From a virus, in UHGV virus genome UHGV-1351279: DNA of 64,000 nt, one strand, 5' to 3'. The notes beneath the pieces are model-generated. The model worked only from the letters and a program-made list of their open reading frames with translations. It did no database searches and was not told the origin of the DNA. Positions 48,839-57,431 of the stretch are shown piece by piece. A program made the translations under genes and the position numbers. Each line of letters starts with the position of its first letter. Position 1 is the first letter of the stretch.

Positions 48839-49185
48839 TGTAAATTATTCATTAAATCACTTTTGATCATGTAAATTTCTTCTTCGTCGGTAAAGTAGTA
48901 TGATACTCCTTTATTTTCACCTTCTATACAAGTAGCATTTATATCTTCTATAATGTATTTTCCATTTTCTCCTTTTCTTTTTAAACGAATAGAGTCTGCT
49001 TGAAACCTCATTATTTTATTCCATGCTATAGCATAAAAACTGTTTATTATATCTGCTTTACAAGACATGTTATCTAAAGTAAATTCTTTATAATTGTTTA
49101 TAATTACAGGTTTTTTCTTGTATTTCCATAAACCTACTATTACACAAATTAAAAGAATTATTATTAGGATAAATATATAATTCAT
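48835..49185 (-). CDS. membrane-anchored hypothetical protein
   Basis: N-terminal TM helix MNYIFILIIILLICVIVGLW. Confidence 0.45.
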   Translation of the reverse strand: MNYIFILIIILLICVIVGLWKYKKKPVIINNYKEFTLDNMSCKADIINSFYAIAWNKIMRFQADSIRLKRKGENGKYIIEDINATCIEGENKGVSYYFTDEEEIYMIKSDLMNNLQ

Positions 49186-49186
49186 A

Positions 49187-50281
49187 TTAAATATCTTTTA
49201 ATTCAACATTATCCTCTACATATTGTCTTAGACTTATAAAACCCCTTAATTGTTTATTGTATCCGTGTGTTTCTTTAGGAATTGCAACTATATAGTCTTC
49301 TCTTTCTATTTTACCTTTAATCCAGCTTCTATATTCATCATCAGTCATACACTTAGCTATATGTCCAAAGCAACTCCAATGTCCTGAGTTTTTAAGTTTC
49401 TCATACATTTCTTGAGCTTTTTCTGATGTAATAGAGTTTTCATCACCAATCTTAGTATAAGATATTTTTGCGGTAAGACAAACTGATTTCTTAATCATAT
49501 CAGCAAAAAAACCAAATTCTTTTCCATTAAGAATTTCTTTAGCAAATGGTATATGCCAACAATCCTCTTTTAAAATATTAGGAGTAGACTCATTAAGAGC
49601 ATCATACATTTTCTCAGCTAAGTCCATAAAGTGGATTTCTGCTTGTCCTGAATTACACTGTAACCACTCCAAATCTGTCATATCTTTTAAGTGTGGAAAT
49701 AATCCTATGGCATCTTTCTTTGAGGTGAATTTTAGGTTTTCTACATTGTAAATAGGACATCTTTGTTCAAACAAATGCTCAAAAGATTCTCTTGTACCTG
49801 TACAAAGTTGTGTGACCCACATCCAAGGTTCCAATAACCTATTACCATAGTTTTTAGATAATGAAGTATTAGGTACAAAACCTGTTGCATGTTTAATTTC
49901 AATATCAAGAATTTTTTCATCTATTGTATCTAAAACTTCACCTACAATTATTTTTGCAGATGTAACAGCTTTGTCCCTTGCTCTTAACCATGTTTTATTT
50001 TTTATTTCTATGTGTTTAGGGTCTGTAAGATATTTATCACCTTGCATACCTTTGTGTTCCAACATCCAGGCAATAGGCACAAAAGGCTCTTTCTCTACTA
50101 CTTCAACCATTTTCTCAAATGGTATAGCACGAGATGAGCTTGTATTCTTCTCTAACATCTTATAGGTATTAACTTCACTAAGAATAATACGAGGAAAAGT
50201 TAGTTTGTAGGTGATTATCTCATCACCTGTTCCAGCTCTTTTACTATGAGCTATAATTTCTGCTTTGATGTTATTCTTCAT
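49187..50281 (-). CDS. hypothetical protein (364 aa) in the nucleotide-metabolism neighbourhood
   Basis: Contains two H/T-x-S-x-F-(E/G)-H motifs (TRESFEH and GHWSCFGH) weakly reminiscent of the ThyX N-motif, but no RHR...S motif. Confidence 0.4.
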   Translation of the reverse strand: MKNNIKAEIIAHSKRAGTGDEIITYKLTFPRIILSEVNTYKMLEKNTSSSRAIPFEKMVEVVEKEPFVPIAWMLEHKGMQGDKYLTDPKHIEIKNKTWLRARDKAVTSAKIIVGEVLDTIDEKILDIEIKHATGFVPNTSLSKNYGNRLLEPWMWVTQLCTGTRESFEHLFEQRCPIYNVENLKFTSKKDAIGLFPHLKDMTDLEWLQCNSGQAEIHFMDLAEKMYDALNESTPNILKEDCWHIPFAKEILNGKEFGFFADMIKKSVCLTAKISYTKIGDENSITSEKAQEMYEKLKNSGHWSCFGHIAKCMTDDEYRSWIKGKIEREDYIVAIPKETHGYNKQLRGFISLRQYVEDNVELKDI

Positions 50282-50462
50282 TGTAATATCCTTTAAGTTC
50301 TTCTAATTCTTTAATAAATTGGATGTAAACATTTTTACGAGTTATCCAATTAGTTTTTTCCTCAACACTTGTATTAGTATATTCAGCCAATAACTCTTTG
50401 TATTCTTCTACGTATTCCTTATATCTTTCTATAAGTTCTGATATTTTATCTATTTTTGTCAT
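50271..50462 (-). CDS. hypothetical small protein
   Basis: ORF. Confidence 0.4.
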   Translation of the reverse strand: MTKIDKISELIERYKEYVEEYKELLAEYTNTSVEEKTNWITRKNVYIQFIKELEELKGYYNEE

Positions 50463-50469
50463 AACTTAA

Positions 50470-50688
50470 TTATCTAAATAGTTTTAAAATCCAATAAATA
50501 ACATATATTAATATTCTTGCACACAGAGGTACAACAATTAAGATTGAGAATATCTCAAAAGTTAAATGTAAGGTTGTCTTTGTATCATTGATTATAGACT
50601 TTACTACATTTATAATTAGATAAATATCAAAAATAACTGCAACTATTACCATTATAATAGTTAATAATATAAATGTGAGTTGTTTCAT
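50470..50688 (-). CDS. small membrane protein (2 TM)
   Basis: Hydrophobic 72-aa ORF. Confidence 0.4.
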   Translation of the reverse strand: MKQLTFILLTIIMVIVAVIFDIYLIINVVKSIINDTKTTLHLTFEIFSILIVVPLCARILIYVIYWILKLFR

Positions 50689-50699
50689 TTTATTTTATT

Positions 50700-50894
50700 T
50701 TATTCTGATTCATTTTCTATATCTTTATATAATTTTATAAAGAAATCTAAATTAAAAAAGGCTAAACATAATATGAATGCATTAATCAATATAAATGCAT
50801 CTTTGTTATGTATAATCTCTTTTAATACACATAAAACTGCTGCAAAACAAGAAAACAAGTTTGCATACATTAGTAATCTTGGAATAATTTTCAT
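50700..50894 (-). CDS. small membrane protein
   Basis: Hydrophobic 64-aa ORF. Preferred over the antisense 50680-50901 ORF because the operon is on the - strand. Confidence 0.35.
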   Translation of the reverse strand: MKIIPRLLMYANLFSCFAAVLCVLKEIIHNKDAFILINAFILCLAFFNLDFFIKLYKDIENESE

Positions 50895-51160
50895 GATTTG
50901 ATTTTTTTAATTCTTTTTAATCTCTTTTTAGCTTTCAATCTATTTAATCCATTACCTATTGCTTCTATAGCAAAGAAAACAGAGATAAAAGCGGATAATA
51001 CATTTACCATAGGTGTAAAGCTTGCTAATACTATAATACCTAAAACCCACGGTTGGTCTAACTCTCTTATTTTCCTAAACCTTAAAATAAAGAATATTAG
51101 TCCACAAATTAAAGATATACAAAAAGCTGGTACATAAGTCATACTGAAAAATTCTTTCAT
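50891..51160 (-). CDS. small membrane protein (2-3 TM)
   Basis: Hydrophobic 89-aa ORF with a 4-nt overlap. Confidence 0.4.
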   Translation of the reverse strand: MKEFFSMTYVPAFCISLICGLIFFILRFRKIRELDQPWVLGIIVLASFTPMVNVLSAFISVFFAIEAIGNGLNRLKAKKRLKRIKKIKS

Positions 51161-52023
51161 TCTTTATTGTATTTTAATAGTTCTTTACTTGATTCTAAAC
51201 TATCATAAGTTTCAAAAAGACAAGGGTCTGAAAGGCCATAAGGATTTGTTTCTATTATGGAAATATCTAAGAATCTCTTATTAATTCCAACTTTATAGTG
51301 AGTTCCTCCTGAAACATATAAATCAGCTACAAAATTGTCTACTTTAATATTTGGTATACAAATATTGTCCATAAAGTACGTAACACCCCTCTTAATTTCA
51401 TTTAAATATTTTTTATTATAAGAGAAGGTTTCCTTATAAAATTGCTGGCTTATACCAATAACTTTTCTATCTTTTACAAACACCCTCCATTCACAATGCC
51501 TATCCAAATTAGCAAATGGTCTAATGTATAGAATAATTTCATCTTTTAATTTAGTTAGAAACACTAAGTCCTCAAAAGTTCTCATTGAACCTAATAGAGC
51601 ATCTATAATTTCTCCTGCATTATGAAGAGATTTATAATCCTCTTTAGGCCAATTCTGAATATAATCCTTTGGGCTTCTGCTTTCTAACTTAACAAATAGT
51701 TCTCTTATCCTATTAGCTCCAAAAAAGAATTGATTTTCTTTTTTATTGAGTTGTCTCTGTAAGTAATTTACAAGAATGTGTTCTGCTTTCTTATCATTGT
51801 CAAGGCATGGTCTAATCATTTCAGTAGGTATTTTTATCTCTTTTATTGGAGGAGAATATGAGAATAAGTCTTTACCCCAATCAGAGAATTTTACCCCATT
51901 TAAATTATTATACCAATCTTGCGCAACTTCTACAGGATTTCTTCTTGGTGAATCTTCTAATGCATTTTTTATTACTTCTATATTTGCATCTATAAGTAAT
52001 TCTGTTAATTCTGCTTTTGTCAT
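51157..52023 (-). CDS. ATP-grasp fold enzyme (candidate)
   Basis: EWRVFVKDRKVIGISQQ and FVADLYVSGGTHYKVGINKRFLDISIIETNP resemble the ATP-grasp strands (E.RvfV ... hhEhN). Confidence 0.4.
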   Translation of the reverse strand: MTKAELTELLIDANIEVIKNALEDSPRRNPVEVAQDWYNNLNGVKFSDWGKDLFSYSPPIKEIKIPTEMIRPCLDNDKKAEHILVNYLQRQLNKKENQFFFGANRIRELFVKLESRSPKDYIQNWPKEDYKSLHNAGEIIDALLGSMRTFEDLVFLTKLKDEIILYIRPFANLDRHCEWRVFVKDRKVIGISQQFYKETFSYNKKYLNEIKRGVTYFMDNICIPNIKVDNFVADLYVSGGTHYKVGINKRFLDISIIETNPYGLSDPCLFETYDSLESSKELLKYNKE

Positions 52024-52025
52024 AA

Positions 52026-52358
52026 TTATTTTTTATTATCAAAATAATTTAATACTTCAATATCTGTTATCATAAGAGTAGTATATTTACAATCAGGTTT
52101 ATTATAATACAAAATTATTTGCCAATCTCCAAAACCATTTTCTCTGGATAGATAAATAATTTCTGGAGATACATTAATCTTTTTACTTATATACTCTTTT
52201 ACTTGTTCTTTTGTAGCAAATCTTGGTAGAGTTATTGGATAATCACCAAATGGATTCATATATTTTACAACTATATAACAAAATATACCCCATGGAATTA
52301 CTATAAAGACAGTATTAAATAAAAGAGTAAGTAAATCTTGTTTTATACTTTCACTCAT
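52026..52358 (-). CDS. membrane-anchored hypothetical protein
   Basis: N-terminal TM helix. Confidence 0.4.
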   Translation of the reverse strand: MSESIKQDLLTLLFNTVFIVIPWGIFCYIVVKYMNPFGDYPITLPRFATKEQVKEYISKKINVSPEIIYLSRENGFGDWQIILYYNKPDCKYTTLMITDIEVLNYFDNKK

Positions 52359-52927
52359 AGTAAAGGTTTTGCTTGTTCTAACAGCTCTCCATGTTCCTCA
52401 AAAAACTTGTTTCTTACTTCTTCTGTTTTAAAAGATAATATTCTATTTGCAGAAAAAGAGTTTCCTTTCTCTATTTTATCTAACTCTGTGAATATATTGT
52501 ATTTCCTTATGGTATCATCTTTCCAATTAGGTTTCCAACCCTCATTGTAATAGTCTCTTAACCAAATAAGTTTAGCAAGAGCTTTAAAAGCTTCTGCTAT
52601 TCTCTCATCAGGAAGCTCTATTTCATGTAATATAGAAATGTATCCGCCATTAATTAATGAATCCATTCTAACATTATCGTATGTTGGTGTGAATTTCTCT
52701 TGTTCAAACCCTTTTAACTCTACTTCATAGGGCTTTATTGATAAGGTTGGTATAGAGCATAATCCAAAAGAGCCGTCTATGTGATAAAAATAATCATCTC
52801 CATTAAAAACAACTTTTATATACCAATAACCATCAACATCTCTTTCTATTTCAACTATTTTCCCTTTGGAATCTGGGAAATTTACTTGGTCATATACTTC
52901 TTGACCTACTTTAAATATTGTTTTCAT
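52355..52927 (-). CDS. hypothetical protein, paralog family A (MKTIFKVGQEVYD...)
   Basis: Shares its N-terminus and the E(Y/V)xLKGF(E/N)Q motif with the genes at 56126-56536 and 56536-56952. Confidence 0.5.
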   Translation of the reverse strand: MKTIFKVGQEVYDQVNFPDSKGKIVEIERDVDGYWYIKVVFNGDDYFYHIDGSFGLCSIPTLSIKPYEVELKGFEQEKFTPTYDNVRMDSLINGGYISILHEIELPDERIAEAFKALAKLIWLRDYYNEGWKPNWKDDTIRKYNIFTELDKIEKGNSFSANRILSFKTEEVRNKFFEEHGELLEQAKPLL

Positions 52928-53340
52928 AAGTTACCTATTTTACAAAGTGTTATTACAAGTATGTTTTTATAGATAAAAGCTTTTATAATTGGACTTTTAC
53001 ATATATCTAACTGTTTTATACAAAAAACCAACATATCTAATACTTTATTCTTAGATATTTCCTCATTGGAATAACTTTCTATTTTTGATTTCAAATTATA
53101 TCTATTTTTAGTTTTGTAGATATAATCATATAAAAGGTTTCCACTTTTAATATGAAGCCCATTAGTTGTCAAAATAATAAGCTGTGTAAAAAGAAAATTG
53201 TTTAAATTACAATCATCTTTTTCTTTCAATCTTTCTAATATCTCTATTAACTCTTTATTAGACTTTAGTTTATGCCAACTAAACAAACAATTATTAATAA
53301 CAGGTATGAAAGAATCTTTAGTTATTTTCATATAATTCAA
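52924..53340 (-). CDS. hypothetical protein
   Basis: 138-aa ORF. Confidence 0.4.
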   Translation of the reverse strand: MNYMKITKDSFIPVINNCLFSWHKLKSNKELIEILERLKEKDDCNLNNFLFTQLIILTTNGLHIKSGNLLYDYIYKTKNRYNLKSKIESYSNEEISKNKVLDMLVFCIKQLDICKSPIIKAFIYKNILVITLCKIGNL

Positions 53341-53776
53341 TTAGTTTATTGACTAATGCTTCTCTTGCTTCCTCATATTTTTCAAAATTCTTATAGTTAG
53401 CAGAGTAAAATAGTACATCACCAGATATGTTTCTTATCATATATCCATAGTTGTAATGTGTCTCATCATGAAGACCAAAATCATCATACTCTATTGTTCC
53501 TATAAGTCCTCTATCTCTAAACCATTTAAAAGCTGTTTCATAATCAAAAATAGAAACTTTTTCTAAAGAATCATTGTAGTTTACAGACTCCATATTTTTA
53601 TGTGTTCCTTTATAATTATTTTCCATTTCATCTAATTCAAAATGAAAAATATCTGGATTTCTTTTATAAAAATATAGAAAACATCTTTCTTTGAAACCTA
53701 TATTTTTCATCTTCTCAGCTAATTCAGTAATTATAAGGTTTTTTAGAAACATTTTATTATCTTCTTTTATATACAT
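53318..53776 (-). CDS. hypothetical protein, paralog family B (WFR.kG....EY ... YEEAREALVNKLIELY)
   Basis: Conserved C-terminus shared with the genes at 53779-54084 and 55183-55626. Confidence 0.5.
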   Translation of the reverse strand: MYIKEDNKMFLKNLIITELAEKMKNIGFKERCFLYFYKRNPDIFHFELDEMENNYKGTHKNMESVNYNDSLEKVSIFDYETAFKWFRDRGLIGTIEYDDFGLHDETHYNYGYMIRNISGDVLFYSANYKNFEKYEEAREALVNKLIELYENN

Positions 53777-53778
53777 CT

Positions 53779-54084
53779 CTACTCTTTTTTATAAACTTCA
53801 ATTAATTTATTAACCAATGCTTCACGAGCTTCTTCATAGGTTTTAAAATAGCTTATTCTTGTTTGTAGTAATATACCAAATATACTTATTTTAAACATAT
53901 CATTATCAGAAGTATATTCTATGTGGGAGTGGAAGCCTTTACTTCTGAACCATTCTAAGACTTGTTCCCAAGTTGGAATTGCAGTTCTCAAAACAAAATT
54001 CTTGTATATATCTAATTTATCTTCTAAATCTTTATTGCTTACAAGTTCTACATCTTCTAATAAAACAATAGCTTCAGAATACAT
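53779..54084 (-). CDS. hypothetical protein, paralog family B
   Basis: LEWFRSKGFHSHIEY...YEEAREALVNKLIEVYKKE. Confidence 0.5.
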   Translation of the reverse strand: MYSEAIVLLEDVELVSNKDLEDKLDIYKNFVLRTAIPTWEQVLEWFRSKGFHSHIEYTSDNDMFKISIFGILLQTRISYFKTYEEAREALVNKLIEVYKKE

Positions 54085-54161
54085 TTCTTCTTTAAAATTT
54101 ATAAAATTATAGTCTTCTGAATGTGTTTCAACATTTTCTACTAAACAAGGTTCATTAAATC

Positions 54162-54527
54162 CTATTTCTTTAAGTTTTTTTTGCTATTTCTATTGGCACA
54201 AGCCATGTTGGATAATTGTTCTTTTGCATGCTCTATTTGTTTTTTGTGAAGTTCATAATCTGTAATGATATTTTTGAAATTTGAGTTCTCATCTATAATC
54301 ATTTCACTATAAGAGGTTTTAAAAGTAGTTAAAAAGTGTTGTATTACATTGTTATATAATTCAACTTTGTATATTTCACCTACTTTATTTTTCATCTCTA
54401 CTATATATAATTCGTTGTTATAGTTTACAACAGAGGTGATTTCCACACCTCTGTTTTTTAAATCTTTATAACCTCTTATATATTTATAAAGTATTGTTTC
54501 CCAAAGTTCTTTACTTTCTTCATTCAT
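54162..54527 (-). CDS. hypothetical protein
   Basis: 121-aa ORF. Confidence 0.4.
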   Translation of the reverse strand: MNEESKELWETILYKYIRGYKDLKNRGVEITSVVNYNNELYIVEMKNKVGEIYKVELYNNVIQHFLTTFKTSYSEMIIDENSNFKNIITDYELHKKQIEHAKEQLSNMACANRNSKKNLKK

Positions 54528-54873
54528 GAATATTTCCTATTATTTGTACTTTAAAGTATTCTACATTTTCTTTAGTTACAGAATATGTATTATAATCTAC
54601 ACTACCCTTATCATACCTAAAGCAAAAACAGCAATAATCTTCTTCAAAAGTTACAGAAGCTTGTTTATCTACAGTTTCAAGATATACTATGTCTCCTTCA
54701 TAGATTTCTTTACCATTTATATCATATAGACCAGTGAATTGACCTACTGATTCTGGTATGACATGTTTCCCATTTATGAATAGTCCCTTCTCAGGAGATT
54801 CATACCATGAAAGATAGCCATATAACCACTTATTAGTGTTTGAGTCTAAACCTCTAAAATTTATTATTCTCAT
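54520..54873 (-). CDS. YopX-family protein
   Basis: INFRGLD...WLYGY ... QFTGLYDINGKEIYEGDIVY ... QIIGNIHE. Start is taken at MRIINFRG (54873), which gives a TAAnATG junction with the upstream gene. Confidence 0.55.
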   Translation of the reverse strand: MRIINFRGLDSNTNKWLYGYLSWYESPEKGLFINGKHVIPESVGQFTGLYDINGKEIYEGDIVYLETVDKQASVTFEEDYCCFCFRYDKGSVDYNTYSVTKENVEYFKVQIIGNIHE

Positions 54874-54874
54874 G

Positions 54875-55123
54875 TTAATCAATAATTTCAAAATGTGAAT
54901 CATCATCTATAATAGAAATTTCAAGTATCTTTCCTTCATTTACATTCTCAAAATCATCTTCTAAGATATAATTCTCTTTTAATTTAAGAATCTGCTCATC
55001 TCTATTTCCTACTATTTCATAAGTAAGTTCTTTTACTACTTTGCAGGTAGAAACAGCTCTAATTTTTACTTTTTTCATTATTACTTTTATTATTATCTTC
55101 AAAGAATGCTTTATGAAATACAC
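54875..55123 (-). CDS. hypothetical small protein
   Basis: 82-aa ORF. Confidence 0.4.
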   Translation of the reverse strand: MYFIKHSLKIIIKVIMKKVKIRAVSTCKVVKELTYEIVGNRDEQILKLKENYILEDDFENVNEGKILEISIIDDDSHFEIID

Positions 55124-55182
55124 CTCCTATACCAAAAATCACTATATATAAACCAACAAGAAATATAATTGCAGCTACTATA

Positions 55183-55626
55183 TTAAGAATTAATTCTTTC
55201 ATTCTGTTTTTCTTTATAAATTTTAATTAATTCTTTTAAACACTCTCCTCTTGCTATTTCATAAGAAATATAATAATTAATATATTTTTCCCAAGCAAAA
55301 TCATGAATTATTTCATATAGATAACCTATTTTACACTTTAAATCAGGGTGAAATATATAGTCTATATTTGCTTTATAACCTTTATTTCTAAACCAGGAAA
55401 AAGCTTGTTCAAAAGTAGGTAAATCAGTAAAAGGACTGTTTGGCATGTTTCCTCCAATTACAAAATCTGAAATTAAAGGTTCATTAGAGGAACCATTCTT
55501 TAAACAAGCTGTAATTCCAATACCTTCTGAAAAAGAAAATATACAAGATTCATCAAAACCTAAGTCTTTCAATTCTTTGGCTAATTCTAAAGGAACTAAC
55601 CAATCAGGGTATTCATTCTTTTTCAT
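55183..55626 (-). CDS. hypothetical protein, paralog family B
   Basis: FSWFRNKGYKANIDY...YEIARGECLKELIKIYKEK. Confidence 0.45.
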   Translation of the reverse strand: MKKNEYPDWLVPLELAKELKDLGFDESCIFSFSEGIGITACLKNGSSNEPLISDFVIGGNMPNSPFTDLPTFEQAFSWFRNKGYKANIDYIFHPDLKCKIGYLYEIIHDFAWEKYINYYISYEIARGECLKELIKIYKEKQNERINS

Positions 55627-55906
55627 CTTTTATAGCTTTAGATGCTTTTTCAAAAGTTTTATAGATTTCATTAGTGTTTCTATACCAATGACTTTTAGAG
55701 GTGTTTGGTTCTTTTGTTAAATCAAGCCAAACAGTTGTGTAAGACTTTTCTTTAATAGTTTCACCATCTAATTCATACCTCTTTTCCTCGTTAATTACAA
55801 ATAATTTACCTTTTATTACTTTTTTATATGAAGCTTTACTATCTTTTTCAAAAAACTCTTCTATAGTGTAAAAATATTTACCTAAATCTCTCTTTGTTAT
55901 TCTCAT
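55613..55906 (-). CDS. hypothetical protein
   Basis: 97-aa ORF. Confidence 0.4.
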   Translation of the reverse strand: MRITKRDLGKYFYTIEEFFEKDSKASYKKVIKGKLFVINEEKRYELDGETIKEKSYTTVWLDLTKEPNTSKSHWYRNTNEIYKTFEKASKAIKDEKE

Positions 55907-55907
55907 T

Positions 55908-56129
55908 TTACTCTATTGTTTTACAATTATTTTCAATACTTTCTTTTATAACTTTGGTTATTTCTTTTAAATCTATTACATTACTAATGTAACATTTCTC
56001 TAATTTGAAGAGTTTTCCAAAAAATGGGTCATAAAGATAATTACAACCATTTATATTTATTGAAAAAGGCTCTTTAGAATGTTTTATCTTACTAAATAAA
56101 TCTTTTAAATCATCTTCAGTTGGTTTCAT
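55908..56129 (-). CDS. hypothetical small protein
   Basis: 73-aa ORF. Confidence 0.4.
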   Translation of the reverse strand: MKPTEDDLKDLFSKIKHSKEPFSININGCNYLYDPFFGKLFKLEKCYISNVIDLKEITKVIKESIENNCKTIE

Positions 56130-56536
56130 TCTAATCCAAGTATTTTAATCTGTTCGTCTGTTAGTGGTTCACAATAATCCCAATCATCACCTTCAGAATC
56201 ATAAAAATTTCCTTTTTCATCTACACTACTAAGTATACACAAATAAAAATAATCTTTATCGTATTTATGTTTAAATCTACACCATTTACCTATGTATTTA
56301 GTGTAATCTCTTGCATATATTTGATTAAAACCTTTCAATGTATACTCTGTAAAAGATAAGAGTTTTGAAGCTACTCCTTTTGAATAATGTACTTCATCTC
56401 CATTTTTAAATTTGACATCACAAACTAATTTTGAATCTTCTTCTTTTTCCCAATCAAAAGAGTACATAAAAATTACTACTCCCCAACCAAATCTTATGTC
56501 AAAGACTTTGTCACCTTTTTCAAATATTGTTTTCAT
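56126..56536 (-). CDS. hypothetical protein, paralog family A
   Basis: MKTIFEKGDKVFD...EYTLKGFNQ...PLTDEQIKILGLE. Confidence 0.5.
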   Translation of the reverse strand: MKTIFEKGDKVFDIRFGWGVVIFMYSFDWEKEEDSKLVCDVKFKNGDEVHYSKGVASKLLSFTEYTLKGFNQIYARDYTKYIGKWCRFKHKYDKDYFYLCILSSVDEKGNFYDSEGDDWDYCEPLTDEQIKILGLE

Positions 56537-56952
56537 TATAAATTAAGTATTTTAATTTGTTCTTCAGTTAATGGTTTAAAATTCTTGTATGATTCATCTT
56601 CACAACTTTTAAAAGGATATATACTATTATTTTCATAGTTATAGAGTTTGCCAATTCTATTTGTATTTTCAAAGTCTTCTATATCATCATAAAATACACC
56701 CCAAGTACCAAAGTATTCACTATAATCAATAATAGGTTCTTGAGTAAAACCTTCTAATGTATATTCTTTAGTTGCTAAAGTTGGTTTATCAGTAACTTGT
56801 TCACATATAGTTCCATTTAAATGATACCAAATTTCTTCTTTTGGTTTTTTATCAAATAGTACAGAAATATATTTTGTCTCTATCTTTTTTATTGTTCCCC
56901 AACCAAAGAAGAAGTCAAATACTCTTTGGTTTACTTTAAATTTTGTTCTCAT
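56536..56952 (-). CDS. hypothetical protein, paralog family A (in tandem with 56126-56536)
   Basis: MRTKFKVNQRVFD...EYTLEGFTQE...PLTEEQIKILNL. Confidence 0.5.
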   Translation of the reverse strand: MRTKFKVNQRVFDFFFGWGTIKKIETKYISVLFDKKPKEEIWYHLNGTICEQVTDKPTLATKEYTLEGFTQEPIIDYSEYFGTWGVFYDDIEDFENTNRIGKLYNYENNSIYPFKSCEDESYKNFKPLTEEQIKILNL

Positions 56953-56955
56953 TTT

Positions 56956-57180
56956 TTACCCTTTTAGACTATCATAAATATTGTTTATTTCTTCACATAT
57001 CTCAGAAATATCATACATTAGTTCTTGTGTAGATTTATCTGATGTAAGTTCTTTAAAATCTTTTCTTTTAAAGTGTTCTTTTCCCTTATCATTAATAGTT
57101 TTAAACTCTTGTAAAGCTTCTTTTACTTTTATAGAAGCTTGTTTTAAGTCTTCTAAGTTTTTTATTATTTCTTCTTTCAT
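56956..57180 (-). CDS. hypothetical small protein
   Basis: 74-aa ORF. Confidence 0.4.
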   Translation of the reverse strand: MKEEIIKNLEDLKQASIKVKEALQEFKTINDKGKEHFKRKDFKELTSDKSTQELMYDISEICEEINNIYDSLKG

Positions 57181-57431
57181 ATACTATCAATTATATTTTT
57201 TACTAATTTATCTGTGTTCTCTGAGAGTTTCTTGGATATTATCTTTAGTATATCTAATGACAAATCTTCATCTACACAAAGTGTAAAAGACTCTCCTATT
57301 TCATTGAAGAAAGATACTTTACCTTCATACCTATCTTTTTGTTTTTCTTCTTCTTTTTCAAAAGAGTAACCTTTTTTAAATTCTAATGAAAACTCTTTTA
57401 TTCTAAAATTCTTATTCATAATTAATGACAT
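57177..57431 (-). CDS. hypothetical small protein
   Basis: 84-aa ORF overlapping the polymerase's 3' end. Confidence 0.4.
   Translation of the reverse strand: MSLIMNKNFRIKEFSLEFKKGYSFEKEEEKQKDRYEGKVSFFNEIGESFTLCVDEDLSLDILKIISKKLSENTDKLVKNIIDSI

Noticed and set aside
49187-50281. Calling the 364-aa protein flavin-dependent thymidylate synthase ThyX
   Set aside because: Only HxSxFxH-like fragments are present. The diagnostic RHRx7-8S motif is absent and the length and motif order do not fit.
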